Origin: Vitrella brassicaformis CCMP3155 | Taxonomy: Eukaryota; Protista; Chromerida | Direction: 5' to 3' | Assembly: GCA_001179505.1 (NCBI GenBank) | Contig: CDMY01000300.1 | Coordinates: 65,701 to 129,700, forward strand | DNA length: 64,000 bases | In this document: in pieces, positions 28,530-41,600 of the stretch | Numbering within the stretch: the stretch's first letter is position 1 | How the letters are laid out: each line of letters starts with the position of its first letter | Program-made: the position numbers and the translations under genes | Notes under the pieces: generated by a model | The model's database searches: none | Told to the model about the DNA's origin: nothing | The model's input: the letters and a program-made list of their open reading frames with translations, nothing else

Positions 28530-30997
28530 TAGCTAGCTGTCTGCAGTGAGTGCATTGAGGCGCTGTGATCTGTCAGCGATGGACAGAAAGGGGGCTGATG
28601 CGCCACGAGGGACGCCCGGCGACGATGACTGCACCAGCTGGTCGATGGCATCCAAACGCACTTGCCTGATACCAACAAGACACACACACGTGTGGTGGCC
28701 TGCCTGCCGTCCTCACTTTGCCTGCAAGGCCCTCGCTGACAGAGTGGGTTGCTTACAGGGTGCTCTTCTCCTCTGATCTTTTCTTGACCGACCCCATGTG
28801 AGCAATTCGTCTCGATGCCGCCGCAGATATCTGGAGCGGCATTGCCTGCAGTGTGTAAGGCGCCGACACACACACACATATACGTACATGCACACGCAAT
28901 CATATGTCCTTCCAGAGTGCTGTGGGTGTCCTACCCTGCTGCCGAAGCACCTCATGGACTCCTGCATCTCCTTGTTGTGCTTGAACGCCCACCGAGACAA
29001 CTCATTTCTAAGCACACACACACACACACACAGACCGAGATGCACGAGTGAGAGACACGTGTCTCACTGTAGGAACGGGGAGGGGCTGGCGTGAGTGGCC
29101 AATGGATCAAATCAATCAGTTATTTGAATGGCGGACTGACCTGCATTCCCAGTAGAGGTCAACGATCTCCATTTTGCAGGCCAGCCTCCTCTTGACGACC
29201 TCCAGGTCATTCCCAATCAGAGAAGGCTCCGAGTCCATCGCCAACAAATCCGATGGCGTCTCCCCAGCCAAATGGCCCATACCCCCCGGCAGCGGCATGC
29301 CATAGGGGAACGGAGGGGCAGCAGGGCGGGACACCACCCCTCTCCTGCCAATCGCCCCCCTCTCCCTCCCACTCCCCCGACTCAGCAAACTACTGAGCAC
29401 AGCACCGGTGCCCCGATCCTTGGGCGGCGGGCGGGCCTTCCGCCCCCTCTCACCTCGTGTGCGATGAGGGGGCTGTGTGGATGGAGGGTGGGGGATCGGG
29501 GGGAGGCCGTCGGGCACACTCGACGCATTCGGTGCGCCCTTGGTGGTGCCCCTTGCTGCCCTCAAGTCGACGGATGAACGCACCCGCCGGCTGTCGGCCG
29601 TCGCCCTGGCCTCGCTACGGGTGGCTGCTGCCGTATGGCCAGCTGCCGCCGATGTGGCCATTCTGGGTGCCCTTGTCTTCTTCTCTGGCTGCTTCTGAGA
29701 AGCGGCCGGAAGGCTGCCTGCGGCAGTCGCATCACGACTCAGTGGCGCACCCCCTCTCCGCAGCGCTGGCAACACGACGGGGGGGCGGGGCGGCTGATCA
29801 GACTTCTTCTCGTCGTTGATGCTCTGTGTCTCGTGGTGAGAGTCTTGTCCGTCCATGTGCGGTGCCGTGAGGTCGAATCTGGATGAAGATGTTTTGACGT
29901 TGGGCCGGTTGGATGGCCTCCGCTGATGCAGAGTGGACCTGTGGATGGCCGCCTGGAAGCCACCCATCCGCCGCCGCGCCTCCAATGGGATGTCCCCCAC
30001 GTCGTCCTCCTCGATATCAGCACCACCCGTATGGACAGCAGCAGCTGTCATCATCTTGTCTCCATCGACATCCTCGACATCCTCCGGCACAAGTTGTGAG
30101 AAGGCCTCGGGAGCAGCAGCTGCCACGGGCGGCAGAGACACCGCTGAATCACCCACGGACGCAGCTGCTCGCATCATCGGTGAGGCCTCTGTTGCGCGGC
30201 TATCAGCCACGGCCGGTGTGATGTCCGCCGTTCGCCCATCGTCTATCTCTTGCAAGCGGCCATCAGCGGCCGCAAGTTCCTGCCTCTGTGACTCATAGGG
30301 CATTTCCTCCTCTTGCTTCCTTGGAGCTGTGATGAAGGTGCTGTCGGTCTCCAGGCCGCTCTGGCTGCCAATGTGCGGAGGGGATGGGGGGAGTAGCGGC
30401 TCGTCCTTCTGTCTCGCCCCTGCCACAGCACTATCCTCTTCATGAGTCTCACAGGCTGCCATTGACGCTTTTGCTGCCGACATCCTGGGCTCGACACCGG
30501 AGAGGGAAGGTGGCTCTGCAGGGCCCTCAGCGGGTGTGGACGTCTGGACAGGCGAGGGTCCGCCCTCCAGGTGGTCGTCCATCAACTGCCTGCCTCTGTC
30601 TTGCAGTGGCAGTGTTTTTTGCTGCTTGGGCGGCGCAGGTTTGACCTGGAATGGCGTCGGGGCTGATGAGTCTGTCCTGGTCACTGCAAACCGCTTGACC
30701 TTGTCGGATGCCCGAGGAGGGGCCGGCAGGGCGGCCTTGGCGGGGTAGTCTCCTCCCACACTGAGGGCCTGCAGGTGGGCTCTATGGTGGTGGGCGATGA
30801 AGTCGTCAAAGGCATCCCCACCTGACGAAAGCAACACACACACAAAGCCGCGGGCGGCAGAAGGATGAGGTGTGTGCGGACGGAATCGCGTTTTCTGTTA
30901 GCTGCGTGCCCAGTTCGTGTATGTTGGTGAGGGGGTCGATGCGGGTCCGCATGGACTGCAGCAGCCCATCGGACGGCTGAAAGGGGCGAAACGTCAT
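28530..30997 (-). CDS. Hypothetical low-complexity (Ala/Pro/Ser-rich) protein
   Basis: One uninterrupted exon of about 570 codons (29146-30830) ending at a GT donor after VDLYWEC, plus small downstream exons (NELSRWAFKHNKEMQESM). Both ends are uncertain and no domain was recognised. Confidence 0.5.
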
Positions 30998-31033
30998 CGG
31001 AGGCCCCCCTCTTGCGTTTTGTCTCCCCTGGAG

Positions 31034-31044
31034 CTAAGCTCGCA
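31034..31044 (+). promoter_or_regulatory. Candidate promoter motif CTAAGCTCGCA (hypothetical / amino-acid transporter divergent intergenic)
   Basis: Exact motif within the 88-bp head-to-head spacer. Confidence 0.45.
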
Positions 31045-31085
31045 TTCTTCAAAGAACGTGAATCTTGTGACGAGAGGTTGTACAG

Positions 31086-33124
31086 ATGGACTCAATCACA
31101 GCGGCGGCCAACATGGCCAAGTGTGCCAAGGAGAAGAATGAATGCATGAATGAGTGCGCGAGATCTGTTTGTTCTCTCCGTGTGTGATGTGCAGCACCAT
31201 CATCGGGAGTGGCATTCTTGGCCTTAGTGCATGTGCAGACGCGGGGGGTGTGCTTCTCTATTCGGTGTTCTTGGTGGCAGCGTGTCTTTCCACAATCACC
31301 GGTAACAAACCTATGGCGGCATCCTCAATGCCCCCGTCCATCTGTCTGTCTGTCTGTCTGTGTTGTCTTTGCTTGGTGTGGACGACGTCTGGACAGGTGT
31401 GCTGTTTCTTGTTGGCGCGTCAGAGATGTCGTCATCGGCCAAGTCCTATGAGTCCCTCGCATCGACCGCCATGGGGCCGACAGGCGTCTTAATTACCACT
31501 GCAGCCGTCCTGGTGCAGTGCCTGGGAGCAATGACCAGGTACCAGTACGGGTGTGATCAACCAACCAGCCCTCACACACTGATGAATGCCTTCAAGTGTT
31601 ACGTCCGTGCTTGTGTGTCTGGTGTCTTTCTTCAGCTACCTGATGATACTGTGTGATGTGGGCCCGCAGATAATCGGCACAGTGTCCCCCGTCCGCATCG
31701 AGTCCTCTGTCCTCCTCTGTGTGTTTATCATCTTGCTGTGGTTCCTCTGCTGTCTGAGGGATCTTCGCAGCCTCCGCGGGGTCAGTCTGTTCGCTGTGGG
31801 TGTCTACATGGCCTTCTCTATCACAACGGTCATCTATGCCATAGGCGGCTTCACTGAGCAGGTCGACGACAAGCCGCCGGTGGAGTGGGTCAAGTTCTCC
31901 CCCGACGTGATAGTGCGGTTCCCCACCTGCCTCTTCGCCTTCAACTGCGCGACGGTGGTGCTGCCCATCTACTCACAGCTGCGGGAGCCCTCCATCAAGA
32001 CCATGCGGACAGTGGCCGGGCTGGCCTATGGGTTTGTCTTTGTCGTGTATTTCTGCTCCTCCATCGCCGGCTACATGACCTTCCGCGGACAAGTCAAGTC
32101 GAACCTGCTGGACAACTACAGCCAAGACAGCCAATGGCTGAACGTCATGCGGCTGCTCATGACAGTAAGACGACAGACACCGAAGACATGATGGGCAGGG
32201 CAGGGCAGGCAGCGACGCGCTTGAATGACTCGACCGCCAGCCGTCACGAATATATGTGCTGATTCTGTCATGTTGTGTCTGTTGGTCAGGTGGTAAGAAA
32301 AATGAGAGACACTGAAAGTGTTTCCTGCCTGCCTGGACGCCTGCACACCTGCACGCCCGTCGGGCGGATGTGTGGACGTAGGCCACGATATTCAGCTACC
32401 CATTCTCGTGCGTGGGTAAGTAAGCACTTCAGGCACACGTACGCACATCAGTGGATGATTAGATTGCGTGGGTAGATGTAATGAATGTACTGTTCACTCA
32501 TCTCATCCCTCTGTATGTATGTATGTTTACTCATCTCATCCCTCTGTATGTATGTATGGGTATTGGGTGTCTGTCTGCAGGTGCCCGCCAAGCGTTGGCG
32601 TACGTGTTGTTTCGGCCCGACAAGCCCGGCCCCCTGCCCTTCCATCAGCACGTGGGGCTGAGCACATTCATTGTCCTCTTCACTGCGACATGTGCAATGA
32701 AGATTCCCGACCTCAAGTAAGACAGACACACAGACAGACAGCCGCAGGCATATTGTGTGTGTGTGTCAGGTATGCATTTGGCATCACGGGTAGCACCGCC
32801 ACCGTGCTGGTGGCCTACCTCCTGCCGTCCCTCTTCCACCTCATCATGACTTACAGAGATACACTGCCCGCTGCCAAGAACACACGGTGAGTATCCACCC
32901 AGCGAGCAGAGAGAGGACCACATGTGCGCTGATCCTGGCGCCTGGCTGGGTGCGTGGCTGTTTGCAGCAGCTACGGGTCTGTGACGCTGCAGAAAGAGAC
33001 AAGGGCAGGAGCATTTCTCGGCCGCGACATCGGCAATGTGTTGATGATAGGCGTGTCCTGTGTGGTTATGGCAGTGGCCTTGACCACCAACATCACTGTT
33101 CTCATGCAGGGACGCGACAGCTGA
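31086..33124 (+). CDS. Amino acid transporter, Aa_trans (SLC38/AVT6-like) family
   Basis: ANMAN|TIIGSGILGL, KSYESLA..MG, SYLMILCD, LCCLRDLRSL, LFAFNCATVVLPIYSQL, AGYMTF..VKSNLLDNY, GITGSTA..YLLPSLF; multiple TM helices; stop at 33122-33124. Confidence 0.9.
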
Positions 33125-33387
33125 CTGACTGACAGACAGACAGGTGTACTGAGCTGAGTGTGTCGACAGTGGTCGACGTTCTGCCTGCGACTGACTGCAG
33201 TAAGAGTGCAGTTTTTTTCGCTCATGCAGCTAGCTGGGTGAGGTTGGTGATGGATGCGATTATGATGCATATGTGATGCGAGTGAACTCTCTTAAGAGCC
33301 AGCTGGTTCATATGTACATCTACAGTACACTTTGATGGGGATGCAATTAATGCACCTCACGAATGATCACAGCTCGCAAACAACAAA

Positions 33388-36300
33388 GTGGCGAAGGGTT
33401 CGCTCCAGTTCCCGATGTTGCACGGCACGCGGCTCAAGAAGACCGCAGACCACACACAGCAGCCTCACGACCCACAGCGAGAAAAGTGCCCAAACCCATC
33501 GTCCCTCCAGTGCAATGTGAGGCTACTCACGGATGCGATAGAGGCGGTGCTTCGGAGCCGACTGGTCAACGCCCTCTGGCGCCTGAGGGACTATGCCCAA
33601 ATCCTCCGCCTCTCTGCACTGGCCAATGCCTTCCAGCCATCCACACAGCAGCCGCACCTGCCATCCCAGCCCGGCCCGCCCGCTGTCATGGGAAGGGGCC
33701 AGTGGTGGGCCACCATGCTCCTCATATTCCGACGCAAGCAGCTCGAGAGGATGGAACGGGCCTTGTCCAAGCCACTGTTGGGCGGGGCCCTCCGGGCCTG
33801 GCGGAGTGCCACGTTGCTGGGGGATTCTGGGGCGGTGGAGTCGGCCAGTGCAAAGAGGAGGGCTGCCAGGCGACTGACACGCTCACTTCATGGTAGGGGG
33901 GAGGAGCAAGGGAGAAAGGAACCACACACCATTCGCTTTCCGCCTGGTTGACTCACTGCAGCTGCTTATGTTCGGCGAGTCGTGTACGGGGTTCTGCGCC
34001 TCAAAGGCGACTACCAGACACTATTGGTGATCGCTACAGCCAGCCAGCATACAGACAGACAGAGACCATCCATCCATTAGTGAATCACTAACTCACTCCA
34101 TGGCATGGGTCTTTCTTGTCGTCTGTGTATGTGTGTTTGTCCCTCCCTCCCCCCCTTAGCTGTGTGAGGGGGACCTGGAGGGCTCCTGCATCAGACGCGA
34201 GATACAGGTGCAGACAGACAGACACATACATACATCATGTGCCCCGGCAGGCACACACACACACACATACACACATATTCTCCATCCATCCAGAGAGGGA
34301 GCCCCTCCCTATCTCTCCTCTCCTTGTGTGTGGCATGTGTGTGCAGCTGGAGCGTTTCTGCGCCCGTTGGCGTCGTGAGTTGGTGCGGTATGTCTTCAAG
34401 GAGTGGAGGAACGCTGTCACCAGAGACCTCATGGCACAACACATCAGGTGGGCGAGGTGACAAGCCAGGCAGACAGACATGCAAACACAATGGGACAACA
34501 GGTCTGAGCTGTTCGTCACGTTTCGTGTGTGTACGTGTTCGTGTGTGCAGTGAGGGCAGTGCGCGTCAGCTGGCCACCCTGGTGAGGGGTGCGGCGATGC
34601 GTCGCTTGGACGCGGCATTCGCCAAGCTGAGGACCAATCGTCGTGCAGTGCACCCTGCCCTCGACCGCGCCATCCGCTGGTGCAAGGAGAGGGGAGTGCC
34701 CCCCCTGCCCCTCTCTTCTCACCAGCCGCCCTTTGCAGCCTCCCCCATCCCACCCTCTGGTCCGTCGGCCACCCTCACCGGGCGTCCCATCCCGGCGCTG
34801 CTGGTGAGGGGCCGCCAAGCCGCCGCATCGGCCGACGCAGCATTTGTAGAGCGGATAGTGCGGACGCGGCGGGAGGTGGAGGAGGCCATCGCACTCACAC
34901 GGGTCTTCTTCTCGGCACTCACACACAACAGAGGGTTCCTCAAACAACTCATCAGCCACACACACGCACGACAACAACAGGATACCCGAGATGCTCAACC
35001 TCCAACCCAGCCGAGTGCCGCTGGCCGTGTGTCGGGGGCTGAACCACTGTCGTCTCATTACCCGCCGGTGATGGCGGCTGTCCGTCGGGGCGGCGTGGGG
35101 ATGGGGGGCATTCTCAGCCCCACTCGCACACGGCAGGCCGCAGCCATTGCAATGTCACGGCAGCAGGCGGCATCGCCTGCTGACGGTGGTGGTGTCGTCA
35201 AGGCATCGTATACGGACAAGTTGTGGCGGTGGGTGCTGCTGCGTCGCATTGTGGAGCGGAAGATGAGGGACGACATGGCGCGGGGCTGGGCCGCCTGGAA
35301 GAGGATGCACGGCCCACACACACCCACACCTGTAAGTAAGAGGGCTGGCTGGCGGAACCAGTAGAAGTGCTCAATTTCGTGTGTCCTTGTTCGTTTTGTG
35401 GCTGGGCTGGCTGTGTGTACTGCAGGTGGGTCTAGCAGGTATTGATGAGGTGTCTAGCTTGCAGCTACAGACGAGCGCCAGGCAGACCAATGAGATGCTC
35501 ATGGCACTCGTATTCGCCACATGGCACACTGCAGCAACACACAAGAGGTCCGTAGGTCCGCGGACCCGACACACGTGCACACACCCACAGATGATGATGC
35601 ACATACAAACAGGGGACGTAGACTGACTGTACGTGTATCTTCTCCCTGCCTCCCTGCCTGCGTGTGGATGTGTGGTGTGCAGGGAGCGGCGTCGTTTGTC
35701 TGCTTCCCGTCTGGCGTCCTCTCTGCGGGCCGTCCACCAGTCGCCCCTGCGGCTGACATTCGCCACACTCAGGTCCAGCGCGATGGCATCATCCGCTGGC
35801 GGTGGCAGCCGAGACGACAAACGCCACGCCGCCAACCGCATCCTCCGATGGGCCGCCAGGCGCCAGGCCAGACTGCTCAAGGGTGCGCTTATGGCGATGA
35901 GTGGCACGGTGGCCATCCCGCCGCAGCAGCAGGCAGCGGCAGCACTCGCCAGGGCCGTGTGCCGTGTGCAGCTGGTGAGGGTGAGTAGGGCGATGGAAAA
36001 GTGGAAGGGCCATGTGTTGGTGCGGCGGAGCATCCACATGGTGCCCTCCCTGTGGACGAGGGACCGGGCCACAGGGGCGGCGGTCGACATACGGCCACTC
36101 ACCGCAGGCACCGATGTCCTCATCAAGTACAACTCGCGAGACGGCAAGAGAGTTAGGCGGGTCTTCCAGGTATCTATCATCGACACGCACATACACCACA
36201 CCCGATAGCGGCTGTGCTGTGTGAATTAATGTCCCTCTCTCCCTCTCTCCATCCCTCTGTCTCTGGTATGTTAGGTGTTGCGCGATGGTTGGCTGTGTTG

Positions 36301-37002
36301 GAGTGACAGGACTGCCAGGGAGCCCACGAGCGCCTCGAGGCACCGCATCGACCTGGCGCAGTGTGTGACGGTCCTCCACACATTCACAATGAGGGCCCAG
36401 CGGCTGCCCACCGACCCCTCATCACTCTGCTTCGTCGTGGTGGCCGCCAACCGCACACTCGACCTCTGCGCACAAAACGAGCAGCAGCTCGTGACCTGGG
36501 TCACTGGTAAGCAAACAGAAAAGAACCTGCATGGCTGCCTTCCCCGCCTATATAATGGATGCATATGATTGTTTGTATGTCCGTCGTCTTAGGTCTTCAA
36601 TCGCTGATCCATTACTTTTCCCGTCTGCTCAAGGTGCCGTCGGTCGATGTCCGCGGCAAGGCATCCCGCGCATCCACCACCCCACGCGCCAGCTCCCCCT
36701 CCCCCCGGCCCCCCGGGCTGCCCCCCCTGCCGCCACGCATCGCGCCACCACCCAAGCGAGCCGTCCCCGTCCATCTGCCCCGCGGCACCCTGCTGTATCG
36801 TAAGGTCCGTCGGCAGCTGCATGACAGGGCGACGGCGGATGGCAAGACCATGCGGCAGATGTGGCGGGAGGCCATCGCAGCGGCCGCATCGATGCAGCAG
36901 CAGCAGCAGAGGCGCAGTGGCACACAAAGGGCTGGAGGGAGCAAGACAGTGCAGCAGGGCAAAAGGGAGGGGGTCAAGCCGAGGACGCCCAGGAAGAAAT
37001 GA
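33388..37002 (+). CDS. Large protein with Trp-containing helical (Sfi1-like) repeats and a C-terminal PH domain
   Basis: PH-like exons LIKYNSRDGKRVRRVFQ|VLRDGWLCWS..IDLAQC..CFVVVAANRTLDLCAQNEQQLVTWVT|GLQSL. N-terminal repeats such as ALRAWRS, VFKEWRN, GWAAWKR and AMEKWKG. Start uncertain. Confidence 0.7.
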
Positions 37003-37208
37003 GTGAATGAATGACACACATGCATTGATTGCATGCGTACCCTCCCCACACATGTATGTGACGGAGATAGACAAACAGACGTATGTAGCTGACGCTGACA
37101 TACACGACATGTATGTATGCCGGATGGACCCTACTCGCATGGATGGACCCCATTGCATGGTATGGCCATTGCAGTGTGTCTTGTAAATGTCTGGTCGCGG
37201 AGGTCAGG

Positions 37209-38335
37209 ATGATGACGAGTGTGGATATGGATTTGCCGTTGTATCTGCAGCTGGCATATCTGTCGCGGGACGGGCGGGAGGAGGAAGCCGTCGAGTGAGG
37301 CAGGCACACCACACCGCACATACATAGATCTGGCTGGGCTGCACTCTATCTGCAGCCAGGCTGAGAGGAGGGATAGATGCAGGCATCGATGGATGGCGGA
37401 TGCGCTGCTCTTCATGTAGATCTGTTGTGCTGTGTGCGTGTGTGGTCATCAGGCTGCTCCGTTCGGCGCCTGACGGCGATGCTGTGCTGCCCTTTGACTT
37501 ATTTGACACCAAACAATCGGCACTGCACTTCGGTCAGACACCACAGGGCATCCACACGTGTGCACACAGCCACGTGGCCCAATCATCTGCTGACTGAACG
37601 TGTTGTGTGTGCAGGTTTGTTGCATCAGCAGGAGGCACTGGTGTATAGTTTGTTCCGCGCCTTGCTGGTCCACGGCCTGACGCCCTCCCTGGCGGCGAGT
37701 GTGGTGCACCATGCACTCAGCTGCCTCAACCTGAAAGCTGTCGGCATCTTCCAGGAGGCCACAAACATACACTCACTCGCACTAAGAGTAGGTAACCCAT
37801 GCCATCCATCCGCACATCAAGCACGCTGCTCCCGTGTGTGTGTGTGCTGCATCCTCCCTCCCTCGCTCCCTCCCTGCCTGATGTATGTGTCCACAGCCGT
37901 CGTTTGACCACGAGCCGACGATGATGTGTGTGTTCGCGGCGGAGACCGACGATGACAACCCCAACGGACCCACTGCTGTCATGGAATACGTACGCAATCA
38001 ACCAACGCATGGCATGGCATGCACACAGCCACAAGCAGGATGGATGGTGTTCTGCTTGGGGTGTGCTCTCGTTGTGGTGTCATGTGTGCAGCTGTGGCTG
38101 GCCGGTGCGTCACTGGAAGAGAAAGACCGAATGGTATGTATGGTCAGCCACCCTCCTGTCTGTCTGTCTGTCTGTCCGGCCACGTGTGTCCTTCGCTATT
38201 GGGTGGTTGGTTGTATGTATGTGTTGGTCACACAGGGCCGTACGCCGTTGATGGTTGCGGCAATGAGGGGCAACGTGCGTCAGGTGCAGTGGGCCATCGC
38301 CAGAGGCGCATACATGGGCGCCAGAGACTTCCTCG
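37209..38335 (+). CDS. Ankyrin-repeat-containing protein, 3' partial (runs into the assembly gap)
   Basis: LWLAGASLEEKDRM|GRTPLMVAAMRGNVRQVQWAIARGAYMGARDFL. The last exon ends at a GT donor (38336) with no stop before the gap. Confidence 0.7.
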
Positions 38336-38395
38336 GTCAGTCAGGCCATGCATCACGTGACATGACGTGACGTACGGGATGTGGCCCCTTGAAGT

Positions 38396-38695
38396 NNNNN
38401 NNNNNNNNNNNNNNNNNNNNNNNNNNNNNNNNNNNNNNNNNNNNNNNNNNNNNNNNNNNNNNNNNNNNNNNNNNNNNNNNNNNNNNNNNNNNNNNNNNNN
38501 NNNNNNNNNNNNNNNNNNNNNNNNNNNNNNNNNNNNNNNNNNNNNNNNNNNNNNNNNNNNNNNNNNNNNNNNNNNNNNNNNNNNNNNNNNNNNNNNNNNN
38601 NNNNNNNNNNNNNNNNNNNNNNNNNNNNNNNNNNNNNNNNNNNNNNNNNNNNNNNNNNNNNNNNNNNNNNNNNNNNNNNNNNNNNNNNNNNNNNN
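38396..38695. other. Assembly gap (300 N)
   Basis: Run of 300 n characters. Confidence 1.
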
Positions 38696-41600
38696 CTCAA
38701 GTGCCTCGACTTCCGCACCACCGCAGACAATCGTCTGCCCATTTACAGCAAGCGCAGCGTGCTGCTGGAGGCGATTGAGAGGCACCCTGTGGTCATCGTG
38801 ACAGCACAGACGGGGTCCGGCAAGAGCACGCAGATCATTCAGTACGTGTCCGAGAGCGCAGAGAGATTTGGGCTGACCCCGGGCACCAAGATGGTCGTTT
38901 GCACACAGCCAAGGTCAGTACCAGCGCAGCGCGGCATCGCGGCACAAGAACGCCTTGTCAGTGTGTATGTGCCTGTGCCTGGGTGTCTGTCTGTCTGTAT
39001 GCGTGTATGCAGGAAGATAGCTGCCTCAATGTTGGCCAAGCGAGTAGGGGATGAGTACGGCAGTCCGCAATCCATCACAGTGCCCAAGTTCCCTGGATGC
39101 AGAGTGACATCGGGTCGCCCACCCATTGCCCACTTCACCACCGATTCATCTCTCGTCAACTACTGCCTGGCAAACAAGAACCTCGACGACTATGGAGTCG
39201 TGATCATTGATGAGGTATGCACACATGCGGTCCGTCACCCACAACGAAAAGAAAGAGGCGGTAACCGTGTGGGTCACATCTGCTTTGTATGTGTCCATGT
39301 GTATTCAGGCCCACGAGCGCAGCCTCAGCACAGACCTTCTCATCGGCCTTGTGAAGCTGGCCATGGAACAGCGGCCCGACCTTCGTGTCGTCATCACGTC
39401 GGCAACCCTGGACACCGCCAAAGTCGCAAGTTTCTTCGCGAAACCCGGCCAGTCCGATCCGCCGATCATAGAGATATCCGGTCGCACCTACCCCATCACA
39501 GTGCGATACCTGACTTCCGCATCCGTCGTCAAGCCGCCAGCCGTCTTGGCCGACCCCAGCGGCGAACCAACGATCGAGCACTACAGCCCAGTGGACAACT
39601 ACCGTGAGGTGGCCCGCTCGGCGCTCAAGGAGCTCGTGGTGCGGCTGGAGACGGAGCAGCAAGAGGGGGACGACGACGCGTCGGGACACGTGCTGCTCTT
39701 CGTGCCTGAGCGAGCTGATGTCGACAGCATCGTCAGAGATCTGAAAAACGATCTCCAAGGTCGACGGACCCTGGAGATATTCGGGGTGCATGGGGGCAGC
39801 AAGGAGGAGGCCAACGAACTGCTAATGAGCAAGACGCCGGGCGTGCGCAAGATTGTAGTCGCTGTAAGACACTTTCAGGAAGCAGCAGAGTGTCCAATGT
39901 GCATTCAGCCATGGGTCTGCTCTTGCCTCAGACAAACATCGCCGAGACATCCTTGACGATAGCCAACACGCGCCACGTGATCGACACGGGCCTGAAGAAG
40001 GGCGTGGAATTCGATGCTCGACGGTCGATGCAGGTCAAAAGGAGCACATGAGCAAACGAATGTATTATCCAAAAGCATCCATCCCCCTTTGTCCCTTCAG
40101 ATCCTCAAGCTCTCTTTCATCACTCAGAGTTCGGCCATCCAACGCGCGGGGCGCTCTGGCCGGACTGCACCAGGCACCGTGTACCGCCTCTACTTGCCAG
40201 AAGTGTACCAGGCTATGTGCCTCTCAGACGAGCCCGGTACGTGCACGGACACATTACCGCATTCATGTCTTACACTACTTATCCCTCTGCCTTGACCTTA
40301 TCTCTCAGAGGTGAAGCGGTCTCATTTGGGTCTGCTGCTCATGAAGCTGAAGCTCAAAGGTGTGTCGTCCTGCCTCTCATTCCCTTTCCTGGACCCCCCT
40401 GACCAGAAGAGCCTCGAGGCGGCAGCCGAGAGCCTCTACTATGCCGGCTGCCTGATGGCCAAAGACCCTGACGCACCCCTGACGCCCGTCGGCCAGCAAG
40501 TCGCCCAGATGGACACCTTTGACCCCCTCCATTCTCGAGCCCTCCTCAAGGCCAGGGAGCTCCAAGCAGGGGCTGCGGCGCCCAACCTGCCTTACGGCAT
40601 CTTGATCAGCCTGACGACACTGAGCAATGCCTACAAGATCTTCCCCAAGTCCGATAAGGATCGACTCAAGGCGTATCGTGACGAGTGCGGTCTGCACCAC
40701 GGAGGGGACTTTCAGCTGCTGATGCATCTCTACCTGGAGTGGTACAGTCGCCACTCCACTGCTGACCGGCCATCACCGCAGCCGCTCGAGCGCGTACAAG
40801 GCAATCGTTGGGCCTGCAGATGCGAGTGGTGCCAGAAGACTGGCGTGCAGTTCTGGGCGATGCGCCAGATCTACACTGAGCTGGAGGAGAAGCTGGAGGG
40901 GTGCGTGCGGGCTGGACAAGCCGTCGAGGCGTCTGCTGCTGGCCTCACGCCATCAGACCCTGAGGAGCAGGCACGGCTGGCGGACCAACTGGCTGTTGCA
41001 GTGTCGTCGGCCTTCGCCCCCAATCTGTGTGTGCGACGAGGTCGGTGGGACTTCCAGATTGTACGACTCAAGACGAAGGCATTTCTGGAGCGGACGTCGA
41101 GCGTGGAGGCGGCGGATTTGCAGTGGTGTGTCTTCACTGAGACGTTCGGCACACCGACAGGGAAGATCCTGATCAGGAACATCATGCCTATCACGCGGGA
41201 CGTGATCACGCGGGCGGCACCCACGTTCGCCAATCAGGTGGGAGCGACAGGCAAGAACAGATTCATGGCTACATTTACGGTTCCTTCATGTATGCACGCA
41301 GATTGACATGGCTGACATTGAGAGGCAGACCACTGTCGAGAAGGCGATTGGCCCGATCGCATCGCTGGGACTGGAGACACCTTCTCTTCGAGCATTCAAT
41401 GAGGTGACGACAATAAAACGACAATAAGACAAACAGCAGGATTTCCGATTGTTGCTGTCCTTCATGTCCATCCACCAGATGGATGACGTGTATGTGGATT
41501 TCAACGACAAGGCGGGGCTGGTCACCATCATCACAACCAGAGAGCAGGTCTCGCTGATCGAGGACAGCATCTTGGACAACGAGCGGCGGCTGAGGGAGAC

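Noticed and set aside
38228-38801. ORFs containing long X runs
   Set aside because: Artefacts of translating the 300-N gap.
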